Shown here in pieces: positions 24,549-32,000 of a DNA stretch of 32,000 bases (its first letter is position 1; each line of letters begins with the position of its first letter). The notes below the pieces were generated by a model. That model searched no databases. It worked only from the letters and a program-made list of their open reading frames with translations, and had not been told where the DNA came from. The translations under genes and the position numbers were made by a program. This DNA is from Cereibacter sphaeroides 2.4.1 (GTDB lineage Bacteria > Pseudomonadota > Alphaproteobacteria > Rhodobacterales > Rhodobacteraceae). The stretch is from positions 570,001 to 602,000 of the forward strand of contig NC_007494.2 in NCBI RefSeq assembly GCF_000012905.2, in the 5' to 3' direction.

Positions 24549-25586
24549 ATGATGGATCGGGTTTGCAGGCTGTCGCTCGCGGCGCTGCTCGCGGGTTCCG
24601 GCGCCGCCTACGCGGACGGCTCGACGCTGACCGTCGCCTACTACGGCGGCAACTGGGGCGAGGCCTTCGACGCCTGCGTGGCGCAGCCCTTCACCGAGAA
24701 GACGGGCATCCGGGTGGTGGCCGAGATCGGCAACTCGACCACCACGCTCGCCAAGCTGCAGCAGCAGTCGGGCGATGCGGTGATCGACGTGGCCTATATG
24801 GACGGCGGGATCAGCGAGCTCGCCCAAGAGGCGGGCGTGCTGGCCCCCATCGATCTCGCCGCGATCCCGAACGCGGCCAGCTACCTGCCGCAGGCCGTCT
24901 ACAAGGCGGGCGACGAGGTCTTCGCGGTCAGCGCGGGCTATTACTCGCTCGGCCTCATCTACAACACGTCGGAAGTGACCGAGACGCCGGACACCTGGCT
25001 TTCGCTCTGGGACGAGAGCTATGCGGGCGCCGTGGCCCTGCCCTCGCCCAGCAACTCCTCGGGCGTGCCCTTCGTCCTGTTCCTCGCCCGCTCGGTGCTG
25101 GGCGACACCTCGGAATCCCTCGATCCGACCTTCGCCAAGCTGAAGGAGCTGGACACGGGGCTTCTCTTCGACAGCTCGGGCGCAGCCTCGAACGCCTTCC
25201 AGAGCAGCGAGGTCATCATCGGCGCCCATTTCAACGTCGGCGCCTGGGATCTGACCGACGGCGGCCTGCCCATCGGCTTCAGCGTGCCGAAGGAGGGCGT
25301 CTGGGCCACCGATGCGCGGATGCATGTGGTGAAGGGCACGAAGAACCCCGAGGGCGCGGCGCAGTATCTCGACATGGCGGCCTCGCCCGAGGCGGCGGCC
25401 TGCCTGGCCGAACGGCTCTATCTCGGCCCGCCCGTCACCGGCGTCACGCTCGCGCCCGATGTCGAGCGCAAGCTGCCCTGGGGCGAGGGCGGATCGGTCG
25501 AGAAGCTGCATCTGTCGGACTGGACCGAGGTGAACGCGCGCCGCGCCGCCATCGTCGAACGCTGGAACCGCGAGATCGCGAACTGA
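24549..25586 (+). CDS. ABC transporter periplasmic substrate-binding protein, PotD/PotF (polyamine/opine)-like, 345 aa
   Basis: Signal peptide LSLAALLAGSGAAYA, then TLTVAYYGGNWGEAF...IDVAYMDGG..., typical of family-1 solute-binding proteins of the spermidine/putrescine type. Confidence 0.85.
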   Translation: MMDRVCRLSLAALLAGSGAAYADGSTLTVAYYGGNWGEAFDACVAQPFTEKTGIRVVAEIGNSTTTLAKLQQQSGDAVIDVAYMDGGISELAQEAGVLAPIDLAAIPNAASYLPQAVYKAGDEVFAVSAGYYSLGLIYNTSEVTETPDTWLSLWDESYAGAVALPSPSNSSGVPFVLFLARSVLGDTSESLDPTFAKLKELDTGLLFDSSGAASNAFQSSEVIIGAHFNVGAWDLTDGGLPIGFSVPKEGVWATDARMHVVKGTKNPEGAAQYLDMAASPEAAACLAERLYLGPPVTGVTLAPDVERKLPWGEGGSVEKLHLSDWTEVNARRAAIVERWNREIAN

Positions 25587-25592
25587 GATCCG

Positions 25593-26582
25593 ATGACCCT
25601 CCTCGCCATCTCCGACATCACCAAGAGCTTCGCGGGCCACAAGGCGCTCGATCATGTCACGCTCGACATCCGGCAGGGTGAGTTCATCTCGCTGCTCGGG
25701 CCTTCGGGCTGCGGCAAGACCACTCTCCTGCGCACGGTCGCGGGCTTCATGACCGCGGACAAGGGCCGGATCCTGATCGATGGCGAGGATGTCTCGCGGC
25801 TGCCGCCCGAGCGGCGGCCGCTCAACACGGTCTTCCAGAACTATGCGCTGTTCCCGCACATGACGGTTCTGGAGAACGTGGCTTACGGGCCGCGGCGGGC
25901 GGGTCTTTCGCGCGCCGAAGCGGACCGGCGGGCCGAGGAGGCGCTCGAGATGGTGGGTCTGGCCGCCATGTCCCGCCGCAATCCCGCCGCCATGTCGGGC
26001 GGCCAGCAGCAGCGCGTGGCGCTGGCGCGCGCCATCGTGAACCGGCCGAAGCTCCTCCTGCTCGACGAGCCGCTGTCGGCGCTCGATCTTCAGCTGCGCA
26101 AGCGCATGCAGATCGAGCTGAAGCAGCTTCAGGTGCAGCTCGGCATCACCTTCATCTTCGTGACCCACGATCAGGACGAGGCCATGGCCATGTCCGACCG
26201 CATCGCGGTCATGTCGGCCGGCCGGCTCGAGCAATGCGACGCGCCCGAGGCGATCTATCGCCGTCCTCGGACGCGCTTCGTGGCCGAGTTCATCGGCGAG
26301 GCCAACTTCCTGCCGCTCGACGGCACGGGACCGGAGGGCGTGCTGCGCCCCGAGGACCTCAGGGTCCTTGCCGAGGGCGAGGCGCTGCCGCCGGGCTGGC
26401 GCGGCCTGCCCGCGCGGGTCACGGGCGTGACCTATGTGGGCGGCACCAGCAACATCTATCTGGCCGACGGTCCGCGCGAGCTTCTGGCGCGCAGCTACGG
26501 TCTGCCGCCCGCGGGGATCTCGGCCGGACGGACGGTGCAGGCGGGCTTCGATCCGGCCAACCTGCATCCGCTGGGAGCCTGA
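25593..26582 (+). CDS. ABC transporter ATP-binding protein, PotA-like, 329 aa
   Basis: Walker A GPSGCGKTT, Q-loop VFQNYALFPHMTV, signature MSGGQQQRVALARA, Walker B LLLLDEPLSALD, H-loop VTHDQ. Confidence 0.92.
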   Translation: MTLLAISDITKSFAGHKALDHVTLDIRQGEFISLLGPSGCGKTTLLRTVAGFMTADKGRILIDGEDVSRLPPERRPLNTVFQNYALFPHMTVLENVAYGPRRAGLSRAEADRRAEEALEMVGLAAMSRRNPAAMSGGQQQRVALARAIVNRPKLLLLDEPLSALDLQLRKRMQIELKQLQVQLGITFIFVTHDQDEAMAMSDRIAVMSAGRLEQCDAPEAIYRRPRTRFVAEFIGEANFLPLDGTGPEGVLRPEDLRVLAEGEALPPGWRGLPARVTGVTYVGGTSNIYLADGPRELLARSYGLPPAGISAGRTVQAGFDPANLHPLGA

Positions 26583-26586
26583 ACCC

Positions 26587-27435
26587 ATGGCGTCCGCCCG
26601 CCTCACCCTCTTCTGGCTGCTGGCGCTGCCGGTGCTGGTCTTCACCGGCTTCTTCCTGATCCCGCTCGGCGTGGTGCTCGTCTCGTCCTTCACCGATCCC
26701 GAGGCCGGGCTCACCCTTGCCCATTATGCGCGGATCCTGCTCGACGCCTACCACTGGCAGGTGATCGCCACGACCTTCCGCATCGCGATCTTCTCGACGC
26801 TGATCTGCGTGGCCCTCGGCTATCCGCTGGCCTGGTATCTGGTGCGGATCGTGCAGGTGCGGAGCTGGCGGCGCGCCTGCGTCATCCTCCTCGTCCTGCC
26901 GCTCTTCACCTCGAACATCGTCCGCTCCTTCGGCTGGATGGTGCTTCTGGGCCGCAGCGGGCTCGTGAACGACGCGCTTCTGTCGCTGGGCCTGATCGAC
27001 CGGCCGGTGCGCTTTCTGGGCACCGAGACCGGCATCCTGATCGGCATGGTCTATATCCTGCTGCCCTTCACGGTGCTGACCATCGGCACGGCGCTGGCCC
27101 GCGTCGACCGCGGGCTCGAGCAGGCCGCGCGCGATCTGGGCGCCACGCCCGCCCGCGCCTTCTGGACCGTGACCTTTCCCCTGACCCTGCACGGGGTGAT
27201 GGCCGGCGCGATCATCGTCTTCTCGATGGCGATCAGCGCCTATGTGACGCCCGCGCTGCTCTCGGGGGGCAAGGTCACGGTGCTCGCGATGCTGGCCTTC
27301 CAGCAATATTCGACGGTCTTCGATTTCCACTATGGCGGGGCGCTCTCGATCACGCTCCTCGTGCTGACGCTGGCGCTGATCGGACTGGCCTCGCGGATGA
27401 CGCGCGGCAGGACGCCCGGCGCGGGAGGACACTGA
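26587..27435 (+). CDS. ABC transporter permease (PotB-like), 282 aa
   Basis: ORF 26434..27435 trimmed to MASARLTLFWLLALPVLVF. Multiple TM segments and an EAA-type loop (LEQAARDLGATPARAFWTVTFPL). Confidence 0.88.
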   Translation: MASARLTLFWLLALPVLVFTGFFLIPLGVVLVSSFTDPEAGLTLAHYARILLDAYHWQVIATTFRIAIFSTLICVALGYPLAWYLVRIVQVRSWRRACVILLVLPLFTSNIVRSFGWMVLLGRSGLVNDALLSLGLIDRPVRFLGTETGILIGMVYILLPFTVLTIGTALARVDRGLEQAARDLGATPARAFWTVTFPLTLHGVMAGAIIVFSMAISAYVTPALLSGGKVTVLAMLAFQQYSTVFDFHYGGALSITLLVLTLALIGLASRMTRGRTPGAGGH

Positions 27436-27436
27436 C

Positions 27437-28222
27437 ATGGCCGCGCGTCTCGCCGTCCGGGCGCTTGCCCTCCTTACCCTCGCCTATCTGGCGCTGCCGC
27501 TCGTCGTGGTGATCGGCGGCTCGCTGACCGAGACCAAGTTCCTGAGCTTCCCGCCGCAGGGCCTGACGCTCGACTGGTATCGGGTGGTGCTGCACGATCC
27601 GACCTATGTGCGCTCCTTCCTCACGAGCGCGGTGCTGGCGCTCGCCGCCACGCTCTTCGCGCTGGTGATCGGGCTGCCCGCGGCCATCGCCATCGCCCGG
27701 CACAGCTTCCGCGGCAAGGGGCTCCTGAGCGCCCTCCTGCTGTCGCCGCTCGTGCTGCCCCATATCGTGATCGGCGCGGCGCTGCTGCAATACGGTTCGG
27801 CCATCGGCCTCGTGCGGAATTTCCCGGCGCTCCTCGTGGGGCATGTGGTGATCGTGACGCCCTTCGTGCTGCGCACGCTCTTGCCGCATTTCTCGCCGGG
27901 CCAGCGCGCGCTCGAAGAGGCCTCGCGCGATCTGGGCGCTTCGGGATGGACCACCTTCCGCCTCGTCACCCTGCCGCTGATCCGGCCGGGGCTCGTGTCG
28001 GGCGCGATCTTCGCCTTCATCACCTCGTTCATCAATGTCGAGCTGTCGATCTTCAACACGACGGCGGCGCTGAACACGATCCCGGTGCAGCTCTTCAACT
28101 ACGTCCAGTATTCCGTCGATCCCTCGATCGCCGCGGTCTCGGCGCTCACGATCCTCGCCGCCGCCGTGGGCATCGTGCTGATCGACCTTCTCATCGGTCT
28201 GGATCTCTTGCCCGACAAGTGA
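27437..28222 (+). CDS. ABC transporter permease (PotC-like), 261 aa
   Basis: ATG lies 1 nt after the previous stop. TM-rich. EAA loop LEEASRDLGASGWTTFRLVTLPL. Confidence 0.88.
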   Translation: MAARLAVRALALLTLAYLALPLVVVIGGSLTETKFLSFPPQGLTLDWYRVVLHDPTYVRSFLTSAVLALAATLFALVIGLPAAIAIARHSFRGKGLLSALLLSPLVLPHIVIGAALLQYGSAIGLVRNFPALLVGHVVIVTPFVLRTLLPHFSPGQRALEEASRDLGASGWTTFRLVTLPLIRPGLVSGAIFAFITSFINVELSIFNTTAALNTIPVQLFNYVQYSVDPSIAAVSALTILAAAVGIVLIDLLIGLDLLPDK

Positions 28223-28265
28223 TCCCGGCCCCTCCGCCCCAGCCATCATCCCACAGGAGACAGAC

Positions 28266-29279
28266 ATGCGCGTTCAGGACGTGTATAACGTGATCTATAC
28301 CCATACGGAGGGCGAGCCGCTCTGCATCATCTACAGCGGTGTCCCCTACCCCGCGGGCTCGACCATCCTCGAGAAGCGCGCCTTCCTCGAAGAGAACTAC
28401 GACTGGCTGCGCAAGGCGCTGATGCGCGAGCCGCGGGGCCATGCCGACATGTTCGGCGTCTTCCTGACCCCGCCCTCGTCGCGCGACTACGATGCGGGCC
28501 TGATCTACATCGACGGCAAGGAATATTCCCACATGTGCGGCCATGGCACGATCGCCGTGGCGATGGCGATGGTGGCCAACGGGCTTGTGGCCCGCGATCC
28601 CTCGGGGCTGACCCGCATCCGCTTCGAGACGACGGCGGGCCTCGTCGTGGCCGAGGTGGCGCACGAGGGCGACCGCGTGCTCTGGACCCGGTTCGAGAAC
28701 GTGCCGGCCTATGTGGCGGCGCAGGACATCGCCTTCGAACTGCCGGGCTACGGGCCGCTGAAGGCGGATCTCGTCTGGGGCGGCAACTATTTCGGCATCA
28801 TCGACCTGCGCGGCACGAGCCTCCGGATCGCGCCCGAGAACGGCTCCGAGCTTTCGCGCATGGGTCTGATCGCCCGCGAGGAGATCCGCAAGAAGGTGAA
28901 AGTCCAGCACCCGACCGAGGCGCATATCAACAATCTGAACTTCGTGACCTTCTGGCACGAGCCCACCATCGAGGGCTGCCTCTACAAGAACGTCCATGTC
29001 TTCTCGGCAGGCCAGCTCGACCGCTCGCCGGGCGGCACCGGGACCTCGGCCATGATGGCCTATTTCGAGGCCCGGGGCGTGATCGGGCTGAACCAGCCGA
29101 TCACCTCGGAGGGGCTTCTGGGCTCGGGCACCTTCGAGGGCTGCCTGATCGGCGAGACGACGCTCGGCACGGTGCGCGCGGTGCGCCCCACGGTGAAGGG
29201 CACGGCCGGGATGCTCGGAACGGCCAGCTGGACGATCAACCGCGAGGATCCGGTGGACGCGGGCTTCCTCGTCCTCTGA
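28266..29279 (+). CDS. proline racemase superfamily protein (4-hydroxyproline epimerase / hydroxyproline dehydratase-like), 337 aa, atypical second catalytic position
   Basis: RBS AGGAGA. IYTHTEGEPLCII, REPRGHADMFG, SHMCGHGTIAV and DRSPGGTGTSAMMAY are the family blocks. The last one normally reads DRSPCGTG or DRSPTGTG. Confidence 0.88.
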   Translation: MRVQDVYNVIYTHTEGEPLCIIYSGVPYPAGSTILEKRAFLEENYDWLRKALMREPRGHADMFGVFLTPPSSRDYDAGLIYIDGKEYSHMCGHGTIAVAMAMVANGLVARDPSGLTRIRFETTAGLVVAEVAHEGDRVLWTRFENVPAYVAAQDIAFELPGYGPLKADLVWGGNYFGIIDLRGTSLRIAPENGSELSRMGLIAREEIRKKVKVQHPTEAHINNLNFVTFWHEPTIEGCLYKNVHVFSAGQLDRSPGGTGTSAMMAYFEARGVIGLNQPITSEGLLGSGTFEGCLIGETTLGTVRAVRPTVKGTAGMLGTASWTINREDPVDAGFLVL

Positions 29280-29572
29280 CCCGCTTCGGTCGGCCCGATG
29301 GGCCGGCCGCTCCCCGCCGGGCTGCCGACGCGGCAGGCCCGGCATTCTTCCCTCGGGGCGGGACAGATTCAGGTCGGCGGAGGCCGGGACGGGTGGCCTG
29401 CTCCGCCTGCACAGGTTCTCGTCGATGAAACATGCGACGTGGCGGATGAAGGCGCAGAGCTTACCCAGGCGCCCGGCCATGTCGGGCAAGGGTGGTCTGG
29501 CCTGTCGGGCAAGGCGGCCTCGCCCGGCTCACGGGCAGCTTGGCCCGAGCCTTGCCGGGCGCGGACGCCCGC

Positions 29573-31195
29573 TCAGGCGACGCGCGCCGCGATGATCCGG
29601 TCGAGCCAGCCCACCGCCATGTCCGGGACCGAGGCCAGGAGCCGTTCGGTATAGGGCTCGTGCGGCGGGGCGAAGACCCGGTCCTTCTCGCCCTGCTCCA
29701 CGATGCGTCCGTGCTGCATCACCACCACCCGGTCGGCGATGGCGCGCACCACCTCGATGTCGTGGGTGATGAAGAGGTAGGACACGCCCAGACGCTCCTT
29801 CAGCCCGATCATCATCCGCAGCACGTCGGCCTGCACCACCTTGTCGAGCGCCGAGGTGATCTCGTCGCAGATGATGAGTTCGGGCCCGGCCGCGAGAGCC
29901 CGCGCAATCGCCACGCGCTGCTTCTGGCCGCCCGAAAGCTGGCCCGGCAGGCGCTCGGCATGGCTTTCGTCGAGTTCGACCATGCGCAGAAGCTCGATCA
30001 GCCGCTTCTCGCGCGCAGCCCCCCGCAGCCCCTGATAAAGGGTCAGCGGCCGGCCCACGATGGCCCGCACCGTCTGGCGCGGGTTCAGCGCGGTATCGGC
30101 CGACTGGTAGATGATCTGGATGCGGCGCAGAAGCTCGAGCGGGCGCTGCCGCAGCTTCGGAGGCAGCGCCGCTCCGTCGAAGAGCGCTCGCCCCGCCGAG
30201 GGCGCCTTCAGCCCCGCGATCACCCGGCCGAGCGTGGACTTGCCCGAGCCGGATTCGCCCACCAGCGCCACCGTTTCGCCGCGCCCGATCCGCAGGTCGA
30301 TGTCGCTTAGCACATCGAACGTGCCGAAGCGCGCGCCGAGCCTCTCGATCGACAGGAGCGCCGCAGCCGTCGCCCCCTCCACGGCCGCCTCGTTCGCGGG
30401 CATCTCGTGGACCGCCCAGAGGCTCTGCGTGTAGGGATGCTCGGGGTGATCCATGATGGCGGAGATCGGCGCCTCCTCCACCACCTCTCCATAGCGCAGC
30501 ACCGCCACGCGATGGGCGATCTGGGCCACGACGGCCAGATCGTGGGTGATGTAGATCGCGGCCACGCCGAATTCCTCGATCACCTTGCGGATCGAGATCA
30601 GCACCTCGACCTGCGTCGTCACATCGAGCGCCGTGGTCGGCTCGTCGAAGACGATCAGCGCCGGATTGCAGATCATCGCCATCGCGACCATGGCCCGCTG
30701 CAGCTGGCCGCCCGACACCTGATGCGGGTAGCGCGCGCCGAAGTTCTGCGGATCGGGCAGCTGCAGCGCGGTGAACAGCGCCACCGCCCGCTTCTCGGCC
30801 TCCGCGCGCGACAGGCCGCCCCGGTCGACGGCCACGAGCGTGATCTGATCCATCAGCCGGTGCACCGGGTTGAAGGCGGCCTGCGCGCTCTGCGCCACAT
30901 AGGCGACCTTCGTGCCGCGCAGGCGGCGGCGCTCTTCCTCGGGGATGGCGAGCAGCTCGATATCCAACAGCCGGACCGAACCGCCGCTCGCCCGCGCGCC
31001 CGGCCGCAGGTAGCCGAGAGCTGCGAGCCCCACGGTGGACTTGCCTGCGCCGGATTCTCCCACGAGCCCCAGCACCTCGCCCTTGCAGAGCGAGAGGCTC
31101 ACCCCCCGGACGATCTCGGACCAGCTGTCGGAGGATTTCGCCTCGATCCTCAGGTCGCGGATCTCGAGCACGGCGGGGGACGGTTCGACGGCCAT
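29573..31195 (-). CDS. ABC transporter ATP-binding protein with two fused ATPase domains (peptide/opine/nickel DppD-DppF type), 540 aa
   Basis: Two Walker A motifs (GESGAGKST, GESGSGKST), two signatures (VSGGQLQRA, LSGGQKQRV), two Walker B motifs (IVFDEPTTALD, IICDEITSALD). Confidence 0.9.
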   Translation of the reverse strand: MAVEPSPAVLEIRDLRIEAKSSDSWSEIVRGVSLSLCKGEVLGLVGESGAGKSTVGLAALGYLRPGARASGGSVRLLDIELLAIPEEERRRLRGTKVAYVAQSAQAAFNPVHRLMDQITLVAVDRGGLSRAEAEKRAVALFTALQLPDPQNFGARYPHQVSGGQLQRAMVAMAMICNPALIVFDEPTTALDVTTQVEVLISIRKVIEEFGVAAIYITHDLAVVAQIAHRVAVLRYGEVVEEAPISAIMDHPEHPYTQSLWAVHEMPANEAAVEGATAAALLSIERLGARFGTFDVLSDIDLRIGRGETVALVGESGSGKSTLGRVIAGLKAPSAGRALFDGAALPPKLRQRPLELLRRIQIIYQSADTALNPRQTVRAIVGRPLTLYQGLRGAAREKRLIELLRMVELDESHAERLPGQLSGGQKQRVAIARALAAGPELIICDEITSALDKVVQADVLRMMIGLKERLGVSYLFITHDIEVVRAIADRVVVMQHGRIVEQGEKDRVFAPPHEPYTERLLASVPDMAVGWLDRIIAARVA

Positions 31196-31198
31196 GGC

Positions 31199-32000
31199 TC
31201 AGCCCTCCTCGTTCAGGCCGCTGGCCCGGTTCAGCAGCCAGTCGACCACGAAATTGACCGCGATGGCGAGCAGCGCGATGGAGGCGGCCGGGATCAGGGG
31301 CGTGATATCGCCCATGTTGATGAGGGCCGCATTGTCCCGGACCATCGAGCCCCACTCCGCCAGCGGTGGCTGGATGCCTACGCCGAGGAAGGAGAGCGCC
31401 GCAATGGAGAGGAAGATGAAGCAGAAGCGCATGCCGAGCTCGGACAGGATCAGCGGCAGCACGTTCGGGAACACCTCGTGGACCGAGATCCAGAGCAGGC
31501 TCTCGCCGCGCACCCGGGCGGCCTCGACGAAATCGAGGCTGGCCACGTTCAGCGCCGCGGCGCGCGAGATGCGGAAGAAGCGGGTCGAGGTCAGCACGGC
31601 GATGATGAGGATGAGGTTCGGGATCGAATTGCCGAAGATCGACAGGATCATCAGGATGAAGATCAGATCCGGCACCGACATCAGCGCATCCACGAAGCGC
31701 GAGATCGCCTGATCGACGAAGCCGCCGATCAGCGCCGAGAAGACGCCGAGGAGGCAGCCCAGCCCGAAGGAGATCATCGTGGTCACGAGCGCGATGGAGA
31801 TCGAGTTCCGCGCCCCGAAGATCAGCCGCGACAGGAAATCCCGCCCGAGCTGATCGGTGCCCAGCAGATGCTGGGCGCTCCAGCCGTCGAAGGGGATGCG
31901 CGAGACCACCTCGACCTCGCCGTAGGGCGCGATCCAGGGCGCAAAGATCGCGACGAAGGCGTAGATCGCGACGAGGACCATTCCCAGCCGTGCGGTGAAG
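31199..32000 (-). CDS. ABC transporter permease (DppC-like), 5' end beyond the window
   Basis: ORF 31199..31981(-) stays open upstream of its first Met to the window edge (...FTARLGMVLVAIYAFVAIFAPWIAPYG). Also has the DppC-type GTDQLGRD motif and an EAA loop (FVEAARVRGESLLWI). Confidence 0.85.
   Translation of the reverse strand, partial: FTARLGMVLVAIYAFVAIFAPWIAPYGEVEVVSRIPFDGWSAQHLLGTDQLGRDFLSRLIFGARNSISIALVTTMISFGLGCLLGVFSALIGGFVDQAISRFVDALMSVPDLIFILMILSIFGNSIPNLILIIAVLTSTRFFRISRAAALNVASLDFVEAARVRGESLLWISVHEVFPNVLPLILSELGMRFCFIFLSIAALSFLGVGIQPPLAEWGSMVRDNAALINMGDITPLIPAASIALLAIAVNFVVDWLLNRASGLNEEG

Noticed and set aside
5572-26714. Other very long antisense ORFs: 5572..7599(-), 8704..10257(+), 10028..11263(+), 11369..13819(+), 14135..16189(-), 17097..18629(-), 20397..22337(-), 22015..23346(-), 24510..26714(-), 28191..29489(-)
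   Set aside because: Each lies opposite a gene with clear family motifs (GT, aldolase, lsrB/D/C/A/K, amidase, kinase, GGDEF, ABC genes, racemase-fold). Their translations are low-complexity and R/G/A/P/D/H-rich with no recognisable motifs.
29529-31355. A 608-aa ORF on the same strand as the duplicated ABC ATPase but in another frame
   Set aside because: The frame 29573..31195 carries two complete sets of Walker A, signature and Walker B motifs. The alternative frame is Arg/Gly/Pro-rich with none.
1-32000. Search for CRISPR arrays, IS or transposase genes, integrases, tRNA or rRNA genes, prophage or defence-system hallmarks
   Set aside because: I recognised no regularly spaced direct repeats, no transposase- or integrase-like translations, and no tRNA-like or rRNA-like segments by eye. 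The only tandem repeats are coding ones (RTX, Sel1, GAY tract). A computational scan (tRNAscan- or Rfam-type) would be needed to exclude small RNAs.

Overview
This is a densely coding, high-GC window with strongly G/C-biased third codon positions. Gene content looks alphaproteobacterial, Rhodobacter/Cereibacter-like, but that is a guess from composition only. I found no rRNA, tRNA, CRISPR array, IS element or integrase. Left to right: (1) three chained minus-strand genes, a GT1 glycosyltransferase plus two orphans (1-1749). (2) Divergent from them, a tightly coupled four-gene envelope operon (1984-7848). It encodes a small secreted protein, an exported caspase-like (peptidase C14) protein fused to about 9 Sel1 repeats and a peptidoglycan-binding domain, a lipoprotein, and a 722-aa double GT-B protein. 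(3) A complete Lsr autoinducer-2 uptake and processing locus (7870-16710): lsrACDB plus a class II aldolase-like gene on the minus strand, and lsrR-lsrK-lsrG on the plus strand, around an AT-rich control region. (4) An acetamidase/formamidase. (5) A small RTX calcium-binding protein divergent from a PepSY protein with a 12-Asp tail, an OmpR-type regulator and a histidine kinase. (6) A GAF-GGDEF diguanylate cyclase. (7) A GlxA/AraC-type regulator divergent from a polyamine-type ABC importer operon that ends in a proline-racemase-superfamily gene. (8) The end of a peptide/opine-type ABC operon. The best candidates for something undescribed are the exported caspase-Sel1-PG-binding operon, the class II aldolase sitting where LsrF should be, and the proline-racemase homologue with Gly at the second catalytic position. 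Many long ORFs in the supplied track are antisense or off-frame artefacts of the high GC content and were not annotated. All family assignments come from reading the translations. No searches were run.
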